This document shows positions 1 to 11,607 of a DNA stretch of 64,000 nucleotides, piece by piece. The notes below the pieces were generated by a model. The model saw nothing but the letters and a program-made list of their open reading frames with translations. It searched no databases and had not been told where the DNA came from. This DNA is from Mizuhopecten yessoensis (taxonomy: Eukaryota). The stretch spans positions 1,106,459-1,170,458 of the forward strand of contig NW_018405055.1 in the NCBI RefSeq assembly GCF_002113885.1. The letters run 5' to 3'. A program made the translations under genes and the position numbers. Each line of letters begins with the position of its first letter. Position 1 is the first letter of the stretch.

Positions 1-60
1 AATGATTTTGCTTTTGTTATATAACATAATTTCCCAACGGAACGGTGAGTTTGGGTACTT

Positions 61-290
61 ACAGGCACTAGCCTTGTCTGTCAATACACCCATAATATAA
101 TGGGTGTAAGTAACAGATGAGGCTATAGTACCTGTGGGTTACTACCAATATTTCTCGGGTAAAATTGAACAATCCCATCCTTGGGCTAAGATTCTCATCA
201 TCCAACCTCGGCCTACACCTCAGATGGATTATGTTACAGAATTAAAGCCATCATCTGGGAGGTTCCAAATGAGCGTTGGTTGGTTATAAT
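61..290. repeat. Two degenerate foldback (palindromic) elements
   Basis: 61-134 is an imperfect inverted repeat (acaggcactagcct...tacacccat / atgggtgta...aggctatagtacctgt). ~150-290 is a decayed hairpin centred on ctcggcctacacctc. Confidence 0.45.
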
Positions 291-563
291 ACCTATCAAG
301 CTCGAAAAAAATAATTTTAAAATGCATAAATACATGAGGTTAATCTCTACAACCTTGAAATTAACTTGATAATAGTAAAAGAAACATGATAGCCAGCCAT
401 AACGAGTTTAGGGATCTTTTTCTGTCGTAACGTTATATCTAGAAAATCATGTATCCCTTGCAAATTACATTGAATCATGATGTAATTATGACAGATGGCA
501 GTGCATATAGTGGTGTAACGGGACATCATTCTACTGTAAATGATTTACCAATGAAACAGTGTC

Positions 564-800
564 CAGGCCCCGGTTGATCATAGTTTGGTACAGTAAAACA
601 GTGGTTAGGGGGAATTTCAAATAAATAGCACAAAGCATCTGGTATCATTTCACTGCTATAGTGTTTTTGAGAAAGATCAGATCAGATGATTTTAAAACTT
701 TAATATTTTGTTTAGAAAGCCCTAGTTTTTTAGTGGCAACAATTTCAATATTTTACTCACCGGGGAATAAAGTTAACCAACTTTTGAGCAACCAGGGCCA
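564..800. mobile_element. MITE with GGCC-type terminal inverted repeats (PIF/Harbinger-like)
   Basis: Left end ggccccggttgatcatagtttggt is an imperfect inverted repeat of right end accaacttttgagcaaccagggcc. No coding capacity; superfamily is inferred. Confidence 0.6.
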
Positions 801-3622
801 TGGTGTTACCCACTATACTGGGTTACCAACAACGACATGACTTTTAACACTCTTGAAAGATTTTATAATGCATTTTTATTGTTTGAAATAAATATATATT
901 TCTTCATCAACATACACAATCATTCAGTTATACACATGCATGGTTACGATAAATTATTTGTACATTGTTTGATCGGCTAAAACCATGAACTGCATTACAA
1001 TGTAATTTCAAGGTAAGATAAGTTTCAATCTTTGGGATATCAACAATCCATTTAATTTCTACCTGTGTATTTATGCAAGAGACTTCCCATACTTAACAGA
1101 TCATTTGACTGAAATGACAAAATAATTGGAATACATTCTCTTTTTAAAGTCTTAAAAATGACACATTTTCATTATTTTGTCATTAAGTAAATTGTACAAG
1201 AATATCTAAATTTTGAAATAATTAACATCTACAGATAACTATTGCTTGAACTGAATGTAGTTTTCTCAGAAAAGATACAGTTAGACTGAACACTTCACTT
1301 AACAATATCTTTTAACATTGAGTGCTATCTTTTAAACTATCAGGAGTCCACGACTGATCTATTGTGTAACACATCAAAACATTTCAACAAACTTCAATAC
1401 AATTATCTATCTATCAAGAGTTTTAAATGCCATTACCACTTATCAACCCCGGCTGCTACAAATATATGCCCGTATTTGGAAAAATATGACCAGAATACTG
1501 TATTCAGTATGAACAACGACCGCGAAAGACCAACAAACAAAAAAACAAACAGAAACAAAGGACATTTTCCGTTTAATGTTTTTTTTATATTTTAAACAGA
1601 AACCTATAAATCATCTGATATTATGCTTACAGTCAATTGAATCGTAGGATTTTCTGTAAAACTAGATGACAGAACTAAATACACTTTTCCAGTATTGAGC
1701 TGTTAAGGTATTAATACCACATTTATTCAAACAGACTTTATATGATTTGCCTTTTCTTCAAACCAAATGTAATTGTTTTAAGCTGGTAGATGTATAGTGT
1801 ATACCATGAAACTTTTGCCTACTCCAAAATTCACCTTTCACCAGTAAAAATCCACCTTTTGCCAGGTGTGAAATTTGCCATTCACATATAAAAACTATAT
1901 CTTGTATACTGTGTACAAATATTAGCTGTCATGACAAATTTGCACTCATTATAGAGGGTGAAAAAGGCAAAATTAACCATGTTAAACTCCAGACAATTAT
2001 CTTGTCTACTTGCAACCTTTTCTGGGATGTCAGATCGATAGAGTTTGTTTTTCAGCTCTTTTCTGATCTCAAATAGATTACTGTATACATTTAGTAAAAG
2101 GGAGTGTATGTCATAAAATTGTGGCTGGCAAAAATACACATGAATAATAATGAAATTCTGAAATATCAAGAGATTATAATACTGGATTGTAGTATCCACA
2201 TCAATACATTGTATAGCGTTCAGATGAAATTTTAGCTGTGGTAATACTGTTTATGAATCTGTTTAACCTTAAATCATAGCAATAATCATATCTGTTGTAA
2301 ATTACTAATAGCTTTATATAGAATCACCTGCCTATTAATATGGCTACAGCTAAGACATGAAGAAACAAAGTGTACAGCATGATTCAGGCAGCTGGAGACT
2401 CATTAAAGACTAGATAACATCATTTACCAACGGAGAATATATAAACATGTATACACTTAAGTTTAGGATACAAACACAACCAGTGTCATCCACGAAGGTT
2501 TCATACAAATTTATGGTTAACTTGTATACATAAATAATTCTACATTTTTAAGTAATTCAGAAATAATTGCAGGATCAGAAATAATGTTAAAAAGCAACAC
2601 TCCACACATATCGTTGAAAAGTAGAATTTCAAGTGAGTTTTTTTTCCCCAGGCAAGTCCTGAACATTTTTTTCAAATGTTTATGAGTACCATTATAGTGG
2701 GCTTTCAAAATACTGATTAGTCTCACATGGAATGCACGAGCCCAAGACTCATATATCCGACTCCCAAAAATTACTGATCTTAAAATTGTACATTCTGCAA
2801 TTTACCATATACATGTAGACATTTCAGTTGGGTGAATATATGTTTGTTTGCAAACTTGAACGATATTAGTTTCATACATAATATAATATACCATGAGAAC
2901 AATGTGTTAGGTCCATGGAACTACGTAGTGTTATATGTTATTTAATAATTTATTGATCACGTTTCGATGTACAAACAATATCTATGACTTAAGCTAACAT
3001 GTTTCAGCCATATTTATTCATCACTTTAATCAATGACATGCAGGACGTATCAGAAATTTAGATATCATCTGACAGCAATGGCACAGACTGGAACAAAAAG
3101 CATTTATCAGGTGTCATATTTCATACAACATCCGTACATTCTCTATAGGAAATGAATAGAGAACCAAAGAAGGAAATTTTGCAAGATTTGATGGTTCAAT
3201 TCTACTTAGGGAAAAATTAAAAGCAGTAAAATGGTTGAGAGACAAAAGTTGGCAATTTGTAGGGTAACTCATTGGCCTTGTATAAAGAAGATGTTTCAAC
3301 AATACATTGGTCACTGAGATGTGACTAATCTATTGACAGCTTTTCCTCATGACATATCGGTTAGCTCCATTGGCCCTGTTCGATTTATAGATCAGCAAAG
3401 ATATTGGTTTAACCTGGAAGTCACTTGATTGGTGTCATTCTGTTGCTGATGTGGAAATCAAGAGCCTGTTTATCTCAGTCATTTGATCACACATCAAACG
3501 GAACACAGCCACGGCATCCAGAGCTCTTGCTGTACCCTTATTCCCAGGGAGAAAGGAAATGCAAGAGTCTTTGAAAGGTTCATGTCATGTTTCACAGATT
3601 GCACTAGCCTGGACGTCCTCCT

Positions 3623-6600
3623 TCACCACCACCAATACCGCAGGAATAATAAGAACACAATCACTATAATTAGTACTGCTCCTATCTTTGCATATGACGA
3701 CCGCAAATTCAGATTGTGAGCATCTTTTCTGTAGGTCTTTGACATATCTGATAAATCGCTGGCTTTTGAATCCAATTCTGAAAGATATTTTTTAGTATAT
3801 TACACACACATGCAATTATTTATGATTAATGACGGAGTAACAGAAAATATTATGTTAAAATGCAAAGGGACGAAGAAATCCTAGCAATATTACCAACAAC
3901 TAAAGTGACACCAAGGACCTAAGACTATAATTGTAATACAGGTTTATAATAAAAATATTTAATATCAAGTAACAAGAATGAATGTTTATGTTAATAGCAA
4001 AGCAAACAAACCTTCAGCTTACAATTACAATTCATTACTTGTCAAGAAAATTCAATTGGAGTATCAAAAGAAAGCAATGACTGAAATTTTGCATAAACTT
4101 AATCCAAACTAAAACCGACTGTTCTGTCATCATGACTTGCTGTATTGACACCTTGAACATGTTTATAAATAAAGAGGGCAATCTTATAGAAAATTACCTG
4201 ACAGCTTCTCTCCACGACCAAGAACGTCATCAATATTTTGGACCATGATTCTGTGAACATCTTGTAACTCTGTGTTAATTGAAGAAAGGTTTTTTCTTGC
4301 TCTTGAGTCCATGTATGATTTTCTAGCTTTCTGTATGTAAGTATCTGTTCAAGAAAGGAATTAGTTATAACACATCATACCAACACAAATTGATAATGTT
4401 TCTAAAATCCTCTTCTCCAGGGAAATGATCATGCATCAAATACATAATTGGTTATGACAACATTTACACCGGCTCTGACATAAAACCTACTAGTACAGGC
4501 TATGTTCACCGGCTCTGACATAAAACCTACTGTTACAGGCTAGTGAATGGGTCACCCTTGATAACAGAACATATGTAGGAATATTTTCCACTTAAGAGTT
4601 GATTTTACCTTTTAATTCAATGATGAATTGGGTGAAATATCTTCTTATCCAAATATTAATTTTTCAGCAGTTCAATTTCTGGCACTTTTCTTCAGGTGTC
4701 ATCTACTTTAAGTTACAAACATACTTACCAAATTCAATAAAGCTGTAAGGCCTGGAAACAGTTTCGACTCTTTTACCATAGTGCGAATTAAACTCTGTTT
4801 GTAGATCCTCTAAGTAGGAAAACGCAAGTCTTTTCGAAAATGTTTTTTCACACAGAATGAGAAAACACACTCCTCTTTCAATCAGGTAGCTACAAAAGAC
4901 AAAACATACCATAGTTAATTTTATTATACATAGTATCATGTCCTTTAAATATCACCCAAATGCTTTAAACTTATAAGATATATAAGATACGAGGAAGAAG
5001 AGAACACTCCATCTTTAACATTATTTCAGCTTTAACACTGTTACTCTACTTTGTACCAAGATTGTTAGTTAGCAGTGCACATTATGGAATTTTCTCCAAT
5101 CATGATTTTGGTGTCATCCATAAAAATTGACATCAAAAAGCATGTTTGATGATGAATTTTGCAAAACATTATTATCAGCTACATCTTACAGATCTACATG
5201 TATATTTTAATATTTGATCATATTTGTGATCAACATTTATAGCATTTGGTATCTTCATATGTTCAGATTGAAGATTAAAACAGCGTTATTTTATCCCCAA
5301 TGAAATAAAGAATGTAACCAGATAATTTAGGATTTGTTTCATTTACAGGTATTTTTATGTTTATAATTATAACAGCAACTCTGTATGTACATAAGCTGGC
5401 TGTATATAAATATAATGCAGGGATGCCAGAGTTCTTTTTGCATTGTAAGTGGACCACTGGACAACTTACTGGAATATAAATGGTCCTGTCTCCAGACTGC
5501 ATCTAGCTGGAGGTTGGGGGTCTGACATTATTTTCTTGAATAACTGTTTAGACTGCGTCTGGTAATCCATCAAACTCCTTCCGGCCTGCAGAAATAAATC
5601 CATTTTGATGAAAACTTGACTAATTTAAACTTTTTGAAAAAGAGCTAATATATATTTATATATATAGTTACAATGCGCACCATAGAATATGTTTGTTGCC
5701 AACTGCATTCATATATTGTATATGCCGTCAAAATGAAGGCCATTCCTTACATAAATTATTTTTCATCAACCTAGGCTCTGTTTTCATGTTTAAATCATAA
5801 TTTATTTAGAATAGTAGTTAGTTTGCTTGTGTAAGTTTTGTGAGTAAGACTTAATTTTTTGGAGTGATATTTGTTTTCCTTTACTTTGGGGAAATCTTTC
5901 TCATGTATTAGAGAAATGTTTCTTGATGGACATTGCTATTATATTTAAAGGTGAAAAGACAGGTGCTGGGGAATACATTTATGTATTGATCCCTGTAGGC
6001 AGAGCTCAGAATACATTTTTTTTTGACAAAAAAAAACAAAAGAAAAAAATTCTTTTTGCTATGCTCTAAAGTTTAGAACATTTCCTAAAATTAACTATTA
6101 ATATGTAGCAGAAATGATCATGAACGGACAGGGGCAACGCTGACAAGACACCACTATAGATCAATTGGTATATATATAGTGTACATCTGATTTTAGAGGT
6201 CCCTGGTTCGAAAACCGGTCTGGCTATGCATTTCTTTTTTCCTGGAACAATGTTGTTATGATCGACCATTGTTTCAAGTACACCGGGTGAATACTTGGCA
6301 AAGGAATAGAAACTGGACTAAGTAAAATTGTTGATGACCAGCTGGTAGCTCAATTGGTAGAGTGTCTGTCTAGAGATCTGAGGTCCAAGGTTTGAACCAC
6401 AGTCTGGCCTTGCATTTCTCTTCTCTTGTTACATTTATGCAAATATCAGATGCATAAAGGGGCCTGAATTTAATTTGAGACATATTTCATTTCGTAGCGG
6501 AACTGAACTGGGTCGATCATTTGGTGGACAAGGTACGTAGCTCAATTGGTAGAGCATCTGTCTTGAGTTAGTCCCAGGTTAGAACAGTATTACTGTGGAA

Positions 6601-7373
6601 CAACCTTTCTCCAGATACGACCGGAGCGTCTACCTTGGATGAATTCAAGGCGATGTTGTCAACCAAACAGCAGTAGACAGACACTGGTGTGTACACATGG
6701 TTTTACTCAATGAACTTTTTTGACACTGTCATTATCTTAAAATTAAGTACATGCCACACATGTGCAATCAGCGTGATATCCAATAAGACTTTGCTGATTA
6801 CTGACCAGAACCAGGTTAGAAACCCCAGTCTGTCTGTTGCATTTTACCATTTGAATAACCACGAATGTGTACACATCCCTGGAATAACTAACGAGCTGAA
6901 GTAAATTAAAGCAACTTTTGTATATCCATATTACAAACATCATTTGAATTTCTTATCTACTAAGTAGAGAAAGCGTTTATACTGTCTTTTATGGGATATG
7001 CTTATTGAAAATTAAAAAAGGTGGAGATAACTCTACTAATCTTCTTTTTATGGTACTGTCATTTTCCTTATCTCGCATATTGAAAGTTAAGATTTTAATT
7101 TCCTTAAATTCTTAAACATGCTCAATAACAAAACTTAGTGACACATATCACGTCCACATCGCCATTCAAATATACCGGATGGAAGGTAATCGTGTCAGTA
7201 AAATATCTTGAAAGAGCTGGACATTGTGAAAGTAAACACATTATTAAATGCATGTGGCAACAGAGTTAGGAAAATGTCCGACTCGTTGCCTTTTTTACCG
7301 TTTCATCTTCTTGCATGGAAGCAGCTAGGGGTAGAGCATCTGCCACCCTTGCTATTGTTGTCATAAGTACCAT
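3623..7373 (-). CDS. SEC22B: Vesicle-trafficking protein SEC22b (longin R-SNARE), 5 coding exons
   Basis: Exons (minus): 7373-7299, 5585-5470, 4889-4729, 4344-4198, 3777-3623. All introns are GT-AG with consistent phases; 654 nt = 217 aa + stop. Translation [25 protein letters not shown]...LAFSYLEDL...[16 protein letters not shown]...[26 protein letters not shown]...TM-RYWWW* closely matches SEC22b: longin domain, NIE/NID segment, zero-layer Arg, C-terminal TM anchor. Confidence 0.97.
6145..6585 (+). repeat. Cluster of degenerate tRNA-derived (SINE-like) repeats in SEC22B intron 1
   Basis: Three copies carry A-box-like TAGCTCAATTGGTAGAG and B-box-like GGTTCGAA/GGTTTGAA motifs (~6150-6225, 6337-6409, 6537-6585). 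A further fragment lies near 6800-6835. Confidence 0.65.
6590..6905 (+). mobile_element. 5'-truncated non-LTR retrotransposon (CR1/L2-type) 3' end
   Basis: 6593-6676 translates [27 protein letters not shown], the typical WNxLP...TLxxFKxxL ORF2 C-terminus, followed by a putative 3' UTR. Confidence 0.6.
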
Positions 7374-7750
7374 CTTCTCGCATCTAATGTTATTTTTTTA
7401 AAACGAAACGATAATATAGTCACTGATCATGTACCGATACACGTATATTGCTGTGACGTGTAACGTGACGAGTGTGGGCATGACAGGAAAGAGTAAAATA
7501 CCACTTCCGGTCGGTATTTCTGTTTTTGGCTATTAGGCACAGGATTTAGGAATTGTTTAGCTATATAGCCATCTTGGAAAACCAAATTACTTAGTGTCGG
7601 TTAATGTAACACACTTCTTTATATGTTTATAAGCAGTTATATTTGAAGTGTCCCGAAACGTTCAAAAAGGGTCATAATATTTTATAATATGTGAGACGTT
7701 TCAGTGTGCGCAACGTCACACGTAACCATTACAAGCAATATGGCGGCGCT
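7374..7750. promoter_or_regulatory. Bidirectional promoter shared by SEC22B and SEC16
   Basis: Short, locally CpG-richer gap between divergent gene starts. Motifs: TGACGTG 7454-7460, ACGTGACG 7463-7470, ETS ACTTCCGG 7503-7510, YY1-like GCCATCTT 7568-7575, ACGTCAC 7713-7719, YY1-like AATATGGCGGC 7737-7747. Confidence 0.7.
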
Positions 7751-7905
7751 CTCTGGGTCTCTTGTGGTCGACAGTCTCTGATGTTTATCATCAATTTTCC
7801 TCATAATTGTTTGGCTACAACTTGTCTCAGTGGTGCAGAAGACAACACCCGATCATAGAAGTGGACGAATTCGTTCAACTCTTAATTCTGGGGTCAAATT
7901 ATCAG
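7740..7905 (+). other. Probable non-coding first exon (5' UTR) of SEC16
   Basis: Donor CAG|GTAAAT at 7905/7906. The next acceptor (tttcag| at 8731) lies 1 nt before the ATG at 8733. The 5' boundary is approximate. Confidence 0.6.
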
Positions 7906-8732
7906 GTAAATGAGAAGACATTGACAATCTCGCTGTTTATGACAGGATTTTAAATACCCGGTGTTATTAGTGTCAATCAGCTGTTACACGAACACAGACT
8001 TAATGTCCTCTTAATTGTTCAATTTAATCATAATGTTCAAGGCAAAACAGATTGAAGTAAATAATCTAAAAAGACACGTAACTGTCCAATATTGATCAGT
8101 GGTCAAATAATGATTGCTCATTTGTGACAATAAGAAACACTACACGGAGCATATTTTACAAATATATACTAATAACAACTTACCTTTCAAGTAGACCGAT
8201 TTGTTAAAATAGTGTCATGATTGACAACAACAAACATCTAAGTACACAAATGGTTCAAGGTCTCAGTGTTGTTCCTGGAAATTAAGTTGTTATTTGCACA
8301 TTTTATATATTCTGACACTGGCTTCATATTTTGTAATGCAGTGCTTGGGTTAAATGTATCATCACAATGATTACAGATATACTTAATCAATTAAATCTTT
8401 TTGAAAGCACACTCAACTGGAACTACCCCTTTGAAGTCAGTATGTTAACAACTTATTTTTCTACCTCCTTTCCACTGGGGCCTGCAACTTCAACTTTGGG
8501 AAAATATTGAACCAAAAAAAGGAAATAGGGAAAGGCCAAGGATACTGTGTAAGCTCCCAAATTTACCCTAAAATCATTGGTTAATGTATATGTGCGCGTA
8601 TACCTAGTTTGTAATGATCATGACTGTGTGTTCATTATTGGATGTACATGTGTTCTGAATTGTTTCATGCACTGTTTATGACCATAAGGATACTGTGTAC
8701 ATTACTGATGAACCCCCTTTAATGATTTCAGT

Positions 8733-11607
8733 ATGAGCAATTCCACTCCCTGGCAGTATCAACAGGGAGCACAGACAAGCACAGGAACAGGAGCTGGAGC
8801 AGTAAAATTATTTAACCCTGCAGGTTTTGGAGCAGCTACATCTCAGCCAAGTAACTTTGTCAACAATGCTGTTCAGGATGGCCAATTACAAGCCAATGGC
8901 CAAAAGGAAGCAAGCACCATGAACAGTTCATGGGACTGGAGCCCATCACAATGGCATTCTGGTGGAAATGAAGGACACAATAACCAACAAAGCAACGCTA
9001 ATCAAGGTCAAGGCCATGATGTTCCAGGAAATGTTGACACATCAGTGTACGAAGGTCAGGCATATGACCAGACTCAACAACATCAACAATATTACAACCA
9101 GCAGCAGTACTGGGATCCTAACCAGCAGCAGAATCATCAACAAGTGCTGAATCAACAAGCTCAGGGACAGGATTTTCATGGTCATCAAGATTGGGCTAAT
9201 CAACAGTATGACTATAATCAAACATGGAATAATACTGACTATAGTCAACAGCAAAGCCAGCCTTTAAATAATCATTATGATGGCCAACAAACCTTTCAAC
9301 CACACCAGGAGAATAGTCAGCCTTACAATATTATCAATCAAGAGCAGACACAGGGACACTTTAATTTAGAACAAGATCAGGATCATCTTGCCAACCAGGG
9401 ACCTAATCAGGAACATGTTTATAATCAACAAAAAGTAGAAAATGATGGTCTTAATTCATCTGCAGCTTCAAACTATAGTGGAAGTCTAAATCAGTCTAGC
9501 ATCCATGAGGATCAAGGATCTACCTCAGGTTTCTACCAAAACACAGATCCTGAAGATGTAGGTTTTATGGGACAAATTCATGTAGGGGAGGAGCCTGTTG
9601 TAAGTAGTGGGATTGTAAATCCTCCAAATGTTGTACATTCCAGTGCCAATGACAATGCACCATTACGCATGGGTATGGTTGGTGGTGAACAGTTAGAAAG
9701 CACACAAGATAGAACTGATATGATTGATGTGATATCACAAGTCAATCACATGAGAATTCAAGACAATGAAAGTTCTGGTGGGGTAAGCTATAGTGCTAAG
9801 TCAGTAGATAGAGCACAAGAACAAGGGTTTGGTATTGGTCAGCCAGTTACTTCAAATGACCCACCAGCTAACCTTGTACAGACTAACAGTGGTATGATGG
9901 CCACTGCTGATGATCAGCAAAGCTTAGGGGACTGGGAGGTGGTACCATCCCAGAATCTTGCTGTACCTGGGAATCATAGTAGACAGAGTTCCACTGACAA
10001 TAATGTCCAGTTTTTTATTGGCTCCAGCAGGAACTCTCCAGGTAGTGGGCGTGGCACAGGATCACCCTGCTCAGTTATACAGGGGCAGGGGGAGGAAAAG
10101 ACTAATCTGTCTGTCTTCAACCCACAGCCCCCACAAGTATGTCAGCCTCCGAAACCATTCCAACCTGATTCTATGTTGCCAAAGTACACATCCTCCCCGA
10201 ATATTACACCAGAGACTACTGTGTCAACAGAATTAGGAAAATCATCTTTATCAAACACAGGTCCACCCCCTTCCATAGGTACTCCACCATCGGGCAGAGG
10301 GGGAGATAACCCATTTAGAAAAAATGGTCAACAGCTAGCACCTACTGAACCCCAACAGGAATTAAGGCATGGAATTACTGGAAATGTGTCCTCCCTTGAA
10401 GGTAGCTCCTATTCTGAGGGTGTGTTGAGTAGCAAGGATAGTTCACTTGAACCACCTAGTCCAATTCTGAATACTGAAGACCCATCACAGACACTTGGCA
10501 GTCGTTTTGGCCAAAAGATGAAGCCACAGAGCCCAATCATGCCACGGAAAGAGAGCCCGTTTCAACCTCCAGCCAGACGCAGGAATATATCGGGGTCTAG
10601 TGAAACTATAGAGGAAAATGCTCGTATGGAGGAGGTTTCTCGACAAGACAGTCGAGAAAGTCTAACAAGAGGCATAGAACACAGTAAGTCAATGGGTTCA
10701 GATAGGTCATTTGGTGCAGGCAGTAGTAGGAGATCTTCAGGAAGTGATTCACAGGGTCAATCGGATCGTGACTCTTCTCACAGCCAGGACCCCCACTGGA
10801 AGACACGGACAAATCTGGACAGGAGATCCAGACCTCCGCCAGGTCCTAGTGGAAGCTCCAGAGCACGTGCAGTAATGTCCCCTAGGAGGATGGAAAAGCA
10901 TCTCCAGCATAACCAGGAAAGAAGGGTGAAACACAACATGTCACCAGCAACAACTCTATGGGCAGACAGTGGTGAGCTGCCGACGGCAAATATTTTGCTT
11001 GCCCCTGCAGGTCCAATGCCTTCACTAATGTCACCTGTCTCGGTGTCTCTGCCACTGAAGGCAAAGGATAGCAAAGAGACGGAACAGGTTCTGTCTCCTG
11101 TAGAAAACTTGATAACATCCTTGACAGAACACATATCAAAGGAGAACACGCCAGAACCTGAAATTGTGACAAAAAGTAAACCTGTTGTGTTGGCTGATGC
11201 ACTGAGTAAAAATCAGGAGGAAAGGAAAAGACAGGAAGTGGTTAAAGAACGGGACAGACATGAGCGAAACTCCTCTATAGACCGTGAGCTAGAGATAGTA
11301 CGTAGACAGGAAGAGGAGGAAAAGAGGGAGTTAAAAAACAGAAAACACAATGATAACCATGGAGAACACTATAGTGTGAAGGACCAGTATCAAGACAGTC
11401 GGGGTCATGACCCTAGGGATTCTAGAGATCAACGTGAATCAAGAGATCATCATGATTCTAGAGATCGTAGGGATGATACTTATGATGCCTACTATGATAA
11501 AAAGGCCAGGTATGGCTATAAAGGAGCAGCACCTCTTAGAGATCCCAACAGGGATCAATACCATGGAGATGAACGATATGACAGGCCTAGGTCAAGGAAC
11601 TCGCACT
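8733..11607 (+). CDS. SEC16A: SEC16 large first coding exon (Gln/Ser/Pro-rich disordered N-terminus)
   Basis: The 974-aa ORF in the track reads through the donor CACT|GTAAGT at 11607/11608. It contains MSPATTLWA...ELP...NILLAPA, which resembles a motif in vertebrate SEC16A. Confidence 0.92.

Noticed and set aside
6337-6409. Functional tRNA gene
   Set aside because: A and B boxes are present, but the stems pair poorly and neighbouring copies are degenerate; it is a tRNA-derived repeat.
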